Source of the DNA: the human T2T-CHM13v2.0 reference genome, Homo sapiens
Length of the DNA: 64,000 nt
Reading direction: 5' to 3' (one strand)
Assembly: GCF_009914755.1 (NCBI RefSeq)
Contig: NC_060928.1
The notes under the pieces are model-generated. The model was not told the DNA's origin, did no database searches, and was given only the letters and a program-made list of their open reading frames with translations. Shown here in pieces: positions 55,813-64,000 of the stretch. Positions within the stretch are counted from its first letter, which is position 1, and every line of letters starts with the position of its first letter. Both the position numbers and the translations under genes were made by a program.

Positions 55813-58354
55813 CTTTTATAATCAACCTGGGAGTGTTTTATGAACTCCTATACCATCCCAGTCTTATAGGTGGTCTAATATCTGTATATGTAGAAAAATT
55901 AATCCTTGTTAAAGTTTTGGTTAGGCTTTGTCACTTTAATCTAAAAGATCCCTAATTGATTCAAAATCCTAAAAGAAAGATTAATAGAACTAAGATTTTT
56001 TTTAGCTTAGAAAAGGGAAATTATATTAGGAATGTAAAATTTATATTTGAGAAGTAGAAGAAGAAGCATTAGATAGCTCCGGGTGGCAGAACTAGGGTCA
56101 AAAATTTGAATGGGATATTCAATAAAAAGTAAAACATGCCCAGAATTTATGAAAATAATTCAAACATTCATTGGGATTTGGACTACGTATGTCTTCCAAG
56201 ATTAATAACTTTTGAATTTATAATTCTGTGAAAAGATGGTTAAAAGTTACACACGATGAATGTAAAAGAGTCAGTGATTAAGATGTTACCATACAGGAGG
56301 AGGTAGAGCAAGATAGTCAAATAGAATCCTCCAGTGTTTGTCCTTCCTCCAGAAACACCAAATTGAACAACTATCCAAACAAAAAGCACCTTCGAAAGAA
56401 TCAAAAATCAGGTAAGCAATCCCAGTATCTGGTTTTAACTTCATATCACTGAAAAAGGCACCAAAAAAGGTAGGAAAGATAGCCTTGAATTGTGGATGTG
56501 ATCCCTCCCTCATTTCCCCAGCAGCAGCCACATGGCACAGAGAGAATCTGTGTGCTTGGGGCAGGGAAAGCACAGTGATTGCGGGACTTTGCATTGGAAC
56601 CGAGTACTGCCCTGTCACAATGGAAAGCAACACTAGGCATAAATCAGCCAGTGGCCACAGAGGAAGCATTGAGACCAGCCCTTGAGAGAGGAGAATTGCC
56701 TATCTCAGTGGTTGGAAACTGAGTTCTAGCTAGCCTCGTCACTGTGGGCTAAAGGGCTCGGGAGTCCTAAATAAACTTGAAAGGAAGTCCAGGCCACAAG
56801 GACTGCAATTTCTGAGCAAGTCTTGGTGCTGTGCTGGGCTCAGAGGCAGTGGATTTGAGGTGCATGTGCCTAGTGAGGCACCAGTCAAGAGAGTGCTTGT
56901 ACTTCTCCTCCCACAACCCCAGGCAGCGCAGCACATAGCTCTGGAAGAGACTCCTTCCTTCTTCTTGAGAAGAGAGGGAAGAGTAAAGAGGACTCTATCT
57001 TGCAACTTGGATAGTTCAGCCACAGTAGGATAGCACCAGGAAGAGTCCTGAGGCCCCCATTCCAGGCCCTAGCCCCAAGACGACATTTCCGGACACACCT
57101 TGGACCAAAATAGAATCTGCTGCCTTGAAGAGAAGGACTAGTCCTGGCAGAATTTACCACCCGCTTACTAAATAGTGTTGGGCTCTGAATACTCATCAGT
57201 GGTAGCCAGGCAGTATTCATCATGAGCCTTGGGTGAGACTCAGAGACATGTTGGCTTCAGGTGTGACCCAGAATATTTCCAGCTGTGGTGGCTATGGGGA
57301 GAAACTCCTGCTTGAGAAAAGTGGAGAGGAGAGTAAAAGGGATTTCATCTTGCAGCTTAGGTACCAGCTTGACAACAGTGGGGTAGAGCACCAAGGGGGC
57401 TCTTGGTATCCCTGATTCCAAGCCTGGGCTCTTGGATAGCACTTTTGAACCTGCCCTAGGCTAGAAGTGAGCCCACTGCCCTGAAGGGAGAGTCCCAGGC
57501 CAGGAAGCATTCACCGCAAGCTGACTGCAGAGCCCTTGATCCATGAGTGAATATTAGCAGTAACCAGGCAATACTCACTGCGCGCCTGGGATGGTGATGG
57601 CCAGAGGGAAAGACTCATCTGTGCATGGAAAGGGGAGGAAATAGTGGGAAGGACTTTTTCTTGTGGCTTGAGTGCCAACTCAGCCACAGTAGAATAGGGT
57701 ACCAGGTAGATTCCTAAGGTTTCTGACTCCAAGCCCTGCCTGACTCCAGAACAGTATCTCTGGACCCACCAAGGCTCAGGGAGAACTTGCTGCCCTGAAG
57801 GGAAGGACACAGCCTAGCTTGCTTTGCCCCCTGCTGATTGTAGACCCCCTGGGGCCTTGGGTGAACATAGGTGTGATAGCCAGGCAATGGATACTGTGAC
57901 CCTTGGGTGAGACCCAGTGCTGTGCTGGCTTCAGGTCTGACCCAGCACAGTCCCAGTGGTGGTAGCCACTGGGGTGCTTGGGACATGTCTATCCCAGTTC
58001 CAGGCAGAGCAACAGAGAGAGAGAGATTAAGACTCTACCTGTTCAGGAGAAAGTAAATAAAGAGGACAAGAGTCTCTGCCTGTTAATCCAGAGAATTCTT
58101 CCAGATCTTATATAAAACCAGCAAGGTAGTACCTCTACAAGTATGCAAAAGCCACAGCATTACTGAGTTTAAGGTGTCCCCTAATACAGACATGGCTGCA
58201 GTGACCAAAAACTTTGATCATAACGCCCAAGTCCCATTGAATATCTGAGAAACATTCCCAATAAGGACTGGTATAAATAAGCCCAGACTGCAAAGACTAC
58301 AATCAATACTTAACTTTTCAATGCTAAAACACCAAAGAACATCAACAAGCATCA

Positions 58355-59570
<1,216 letters not shown>

Positions 59571-60071
59571 TGAGCAATAAGAAACATTATAAAGGTACAA
59601 AACTCACTGGTAATAGTAAGCACACAGAAAAGCACAGAATCGTATAACACTGTAATTATAATGTGTAAACTACACATATTTTGAGTAAAAAGACTACAAC
59701 ATGAACCAATCAAAAATAGTAACTCTAAAAACTTTCATAGACAGTACAATAAGATAAAAATTGAAACAACAATTTCCAGTTAAAAAATAGGAAAACAAAG
59801 TTTACATGTAGAATCCTTATTAGTTTTTTCTTTACTGCTTTGTTAGTTTGCATGAAATCAGTGTTAAGTTGTTATCGGTTTAAAATAATGGGTTATATTA
59901 TCAACAAGTCTCATAGCAACCTCATATCAGAAAACATACAACAGATACACACACATGCAAAAGCAAGCAATTAAAACATACCACCAAAGAAAATCATCTT
60001 CACTAAAAGAAAACAAGAAGGAAGGAAACAAGGAAGAGAGACCACAAAACAACCAAAAAATAAACCACAAA

Positions 60072-63000
60072 ATGACAAGAGTAAGTTCTTACTTAACAAT
60101 AATAACATTGAATGCAAATGGACTAAACTCTCCAATCAAAAGACAAAGCGTGGCTGAATAAATTATAAAAACAAGACCCAATGATCTGTTGCCTACAAGA
60201 AACACACTTCATCTATAAAGAGACACATAGACTAAAAATAAATGAATGGAAAATGATATTCCATGCAAATAGAAACCAAAAATAGTAGAAATAGCTATGC
60301 TCATATCATATAAAATAGATCTCCAAAAAAAACTATAAAAAGAGACAAAAAAGGTCTTTACATGATTATAAAGCAGTCAATTCAGCATGATAATATAGCA
60401 ATTGTAAATATCTATGCATCCAACACTGGAGCACCCAGATATATACAACAAATATTATTAAAGCTAAAGAGAGAGATAGACCCCAATACAATAACTGCCG
60501 GAGACTTCCCAACTCCACTTTCAGCATTGGAAAGATTATCCAAACAGAAAATCAACAAGAAAACATCAGACTTCAATCTGCACTATAGACCAAATGAACC
60601 AAATAGATATTTACAGAATATTTCATCCAATGGCTGCAGAATACACATTCTTCTCAGAATATGAATCAGTCTCAAGGATATACTATACATTAGGCCACAA
60701 AAACATTAAGATGTTTTTTAAAAAAAATTGGAGCTGGGAATGGTGGCTGACATCTGTAATCTCAGCACTTTGGGAAGTCGAGGCAGGTGGATTACCTGAG
60801 GTTGGGAGTTCAAGACCAGCCTAGCAAATGTGGCAAAACCACACCTCTATTAAAAATACAAAAAATAGCCAGGCAAGATGATGTGCACCTGTAATCCCAC
60901 CTACTCAGGAGGCTGAGGCAGGAGAATCACTTGAACCCAGGAGACAGAGGTTGCAACGAGATGAGATCACACCACTGCACTCCAGCCTGGGCAACAGAGC
61001 GAGACTCAGCGCCCCCTCCCTGCCATGAAGAAAAGGAAAAAGATAAATAAAAAAATTTAAAAATCAAATATTAATATCCTCTGACAAAAATGAAATAAAA
61101 CTAGAAATCAATAATAAGAGGAATTTTGGAAACTGTAAAAATACATAGAAATAAACAATATGCTCCTGAATGACCAGTGGATCAATGAAGAAATTTTAAT
61201 TTCATCTAAAAAGGAAATCAACTTTTTAAAAAACAAATGATAAAGAAAATAAAACATACACAACCTATGGGACACAGCATAAGCAGTACTAAGAGGGATT
61301 TATAGTTATAAGTGCCTACATCAAAAAAGTAAAAATATTTTCAGTAAACAACCTAATGATACATTTTAAAGAACTAGAAAAGCAAGTGCAATCTCAACTC
61401 AAAAATAGAAGAAAAGAAATAATAAAGATCAGAGCAGAAATAAATAAAACTAAAAACAAAAATATTCAAAAATCAATGAAACAAAAAGCTGAATCTCTGA
61501 AAAGATAAAATTGACAAACCTTTAGCCAGACTAAGAAAAAAAGAGAGAAGACCTAAATAAATAAATCGGAGATGGAAAAGGAGACATTGCAACTTATACC
61601 ACAGAAATTCAAAGGATCATTAGAGGCTAGTATGAGCAACTATATACCAATGCAATGAAAAACCTAGAAGAAATCAATAAATTCCTAGACACACAACTGT
61701 ACAAGATTAAACCATGAAGAAATCCAAAACCTGAACAGAACAATAACAAGTAACGAGACCAAAGCCATAATAAATCTCCCAGTAAAGAAAGGCCCCAGAT
61801 TCACTGCTGAATTTTACCAAACATTTAAAGAACTAACACCAATCCTACTCAGAGGAGGAAATATTTCCAAACCCATTTTTTGAGTCTAGTATTACCCTAA
61901 TATCAAAACCACATAAAGACTTATAAAAAAAGAAAACTGCAGGCCTATATTTCTGATGAACATTGAAATAGCCTCACAAAACACTATCAAACTGAATTCA
62001 ATAGCCCATTAAAAAGATTATTCATCATGACCAAGTGTGATTTATCCTAGGAATGCAAGGATGGTTCAACAACATATACAAATCAATCATGTCAATAGAA
62101 TGAAGGACAAAATCATATGATCATTTCAATTGATGCTATAAAAGCATTTGGTAAAATTCAATATCCCTAAATGGTAAAAACCCTCAAAAAACTGGGTATA
62201 GAAGGAACCTACCTTAACAAAATAAAAGCCATATACAATAGACCCACAGCTAGTATCATATGGAATGGGGACAAACTGAAAGCCTTTCCTTTAAAATCTG
62301 GAACATGACAAGGATGTTCACTTTACCACTGTTATTCAACACAGTGCTGAAAGTCCTAGCTAGAGCAATCAGATAAGAGAAAGAAATAAAGGACATTCAA
62401 ATCAGAAAGGAAGAAATCAAATTGTCACTGTTTGTAGATAATAAGATCTTATATTTGGAAAAACATAATGACTCCAACAAGAAAACTGCTATAACTGATA
62501 AACAAATTCAGTAAAGTTGCAGGATATAATACTAACATACAAAAATCAGTAGCATTTTTATATTCCAACATGTAACAATTTGAAAAAGAAAAAAGTAATC
62601 CAATTTAAAATAGCTACAAATAAAATCAAGTACCTAGAAATTAATTTAACCAAAGAAGTGAAAGATCTCTACAATGAAAACTATAAAACATTGCTGAAAG
62701 AAACTGAAGATAACACAGAATAATGGAAAGTCATTCCATGTTCATGGATTGGAAGAATCAGTTTTGTTTAAAATGTTTGTACTACCCAAAGCAATCTACG
62801 GATTCAACTCAATATCTATCAAAATGCCAGTGGCATTTTTCACAAACATAGAAAGAACAATCCTACAAGTTATATGGAGCCACAAAAGACCTGGAATACC
62901 AAAGCTATACTGAGCAAAGAGAACAAAACTGAAGGAATCACATTACCTGATTTCAAATTAAACTCAGAGCTATAGGAAACAAAACAGTATGATGCTGGCA

Positions 63001-64000
63001 TAAAATCAGATACTTAGACCAATGGAACAGAATAGAGAACTCAGAAAACAATCTGTACATCTACAGCGAACTTATTTTCAACAAATATGCTAAGAATGTA
63101 TATTTGGGAAAAGTGTCTCTTCAATAAATGGTGCTGGGAAAACTGGATATCCATATGCATAAGAATGAAACCAAACTTCTATCTCTCACCATATACAAAC
63201 ATCAAATCAAAATAGATTAAAGAATTAAATCGAAGACCACAACCTATAAAACTGCTGCAAGAAAACATTGGAAAAACTGTCCATAACTTTGGATTGGGCA
63301 AAGATTTCTTAAGTAATACCCCACAAGCCCAGACAAACAAAGCAAAATGGACAAATGAGATCACATCAAGTTAAAAAGCTGCTGCACAGCAAAGGAAAGA
63401 ATTACCAAAGTTAACAGACAAGAAACAGAATGGGAGGAAATATTTGGAAACTACCCATCTGCCAGGGGATTAATAATCAAAATATTTAAGTATCTCAAAC
63501 AACTCTATAGGAAAATGTCTAAAACTCCAATTAAAAATGGGCAGAATATTTTCATACACATTTCTTAAAAGAAGACATACAAATGGCAAACATGTATATG
63601 AAAAGATACCCAACAAAATTGATTATCCAAGAAATACAAATCAAAACTACAATGGGATATCATCTTACCCAGTTAAAATGTCTTTTATTCAAAAGACAGA
63701 CAATAACAAATGTTGGCAAGTTTGCGGAGAAAAGGAAACCCTGGTACACTGTTGATGGGAATGTAAATTAGCACCACCACTATGGAGAACAATAAAGAGT
63801 TCCTCAAAAAACTGAAAATAGAGCTACCATATGATCCAGCAATCCCACTGCTAGGTACATACCCAAAAGAAAGAAAATCAGCATATCGAAGGTATCTGCA
63901 CCCCAAAGTTTATTGCAACACTATTCAAAATAGCCAAGATTTGGAAGCAACCTAAGCGTTCATCAGCAGATGTATGGAATGTGGTACATATACACAATGC
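60072..64000 (+). pseudogene. L1 ORF2 remnant
   Basis: MTRVSSYLTIITLNANGLNSPIKR, NIYASNTGAPRYI..AGDFPTPLSAL; RT motif degenerate (ttt gta gat aat = FVDN); many stops and frameshifts. Confidence 0.9.
60732..61055 (+). mobile_element. Alu SINE, AluS (Sx-like), inside L1 ORF2, atypical 3' end
   Basis: Full dimer to gcgagactc, then agcgccccctccctgccatg before an A-rich tail. Confidence 0.92.

Noticed and set aside
56286-57986. Cluster of 60-127 aa minus-strand ORFs
   Set aside because: They lie in the GC-richer L1 5'UTR where stops are rarer; no recognisable domain and no similarity I can see to primate L1 ORF0

Overview
AT-rich, CpG-poor primate (simian, probably human or ape) nuclear DNA, either intronic or intergenic. 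Roughly half or more of the window is fossil transposable element. It contains 9 Alus plus an Alu 3' fragment, and a near-full-length ancient L1 (L1M1/L1MA1-3 type, 56295 to the window end) carrying two Alus. There is also a 5'-truncated L1PA7-like copy with a perfect 19-bp TSD, several L1 3' ends, solo LTRs (LTR1-family, MLT1, MLT2A1, LTR33-like), DNA transposons (MER30, MER58A, MER96B-like, Tigger2-type), MIR/L2 relics and microsatellites. I recognise no host protein-coding gene, tRNA, rRNA or CRISPR array; the ORF track is explained by repeats and chance. The best leads are: (i) minus-strand candidate exons in repeat-free DNA that would splice into a 67-codon ORF; (ii) an overlapping plus-strand exon candidate; (iii) two motif-rich, repeat-free putative enhancers; (iv) a multi-layer nested TE stack; and (v) several local rearrangement scars. 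Subfamily names come from recalled consensus sequences, not a database search. None of the leads establishes a new biological system from sequence alone.
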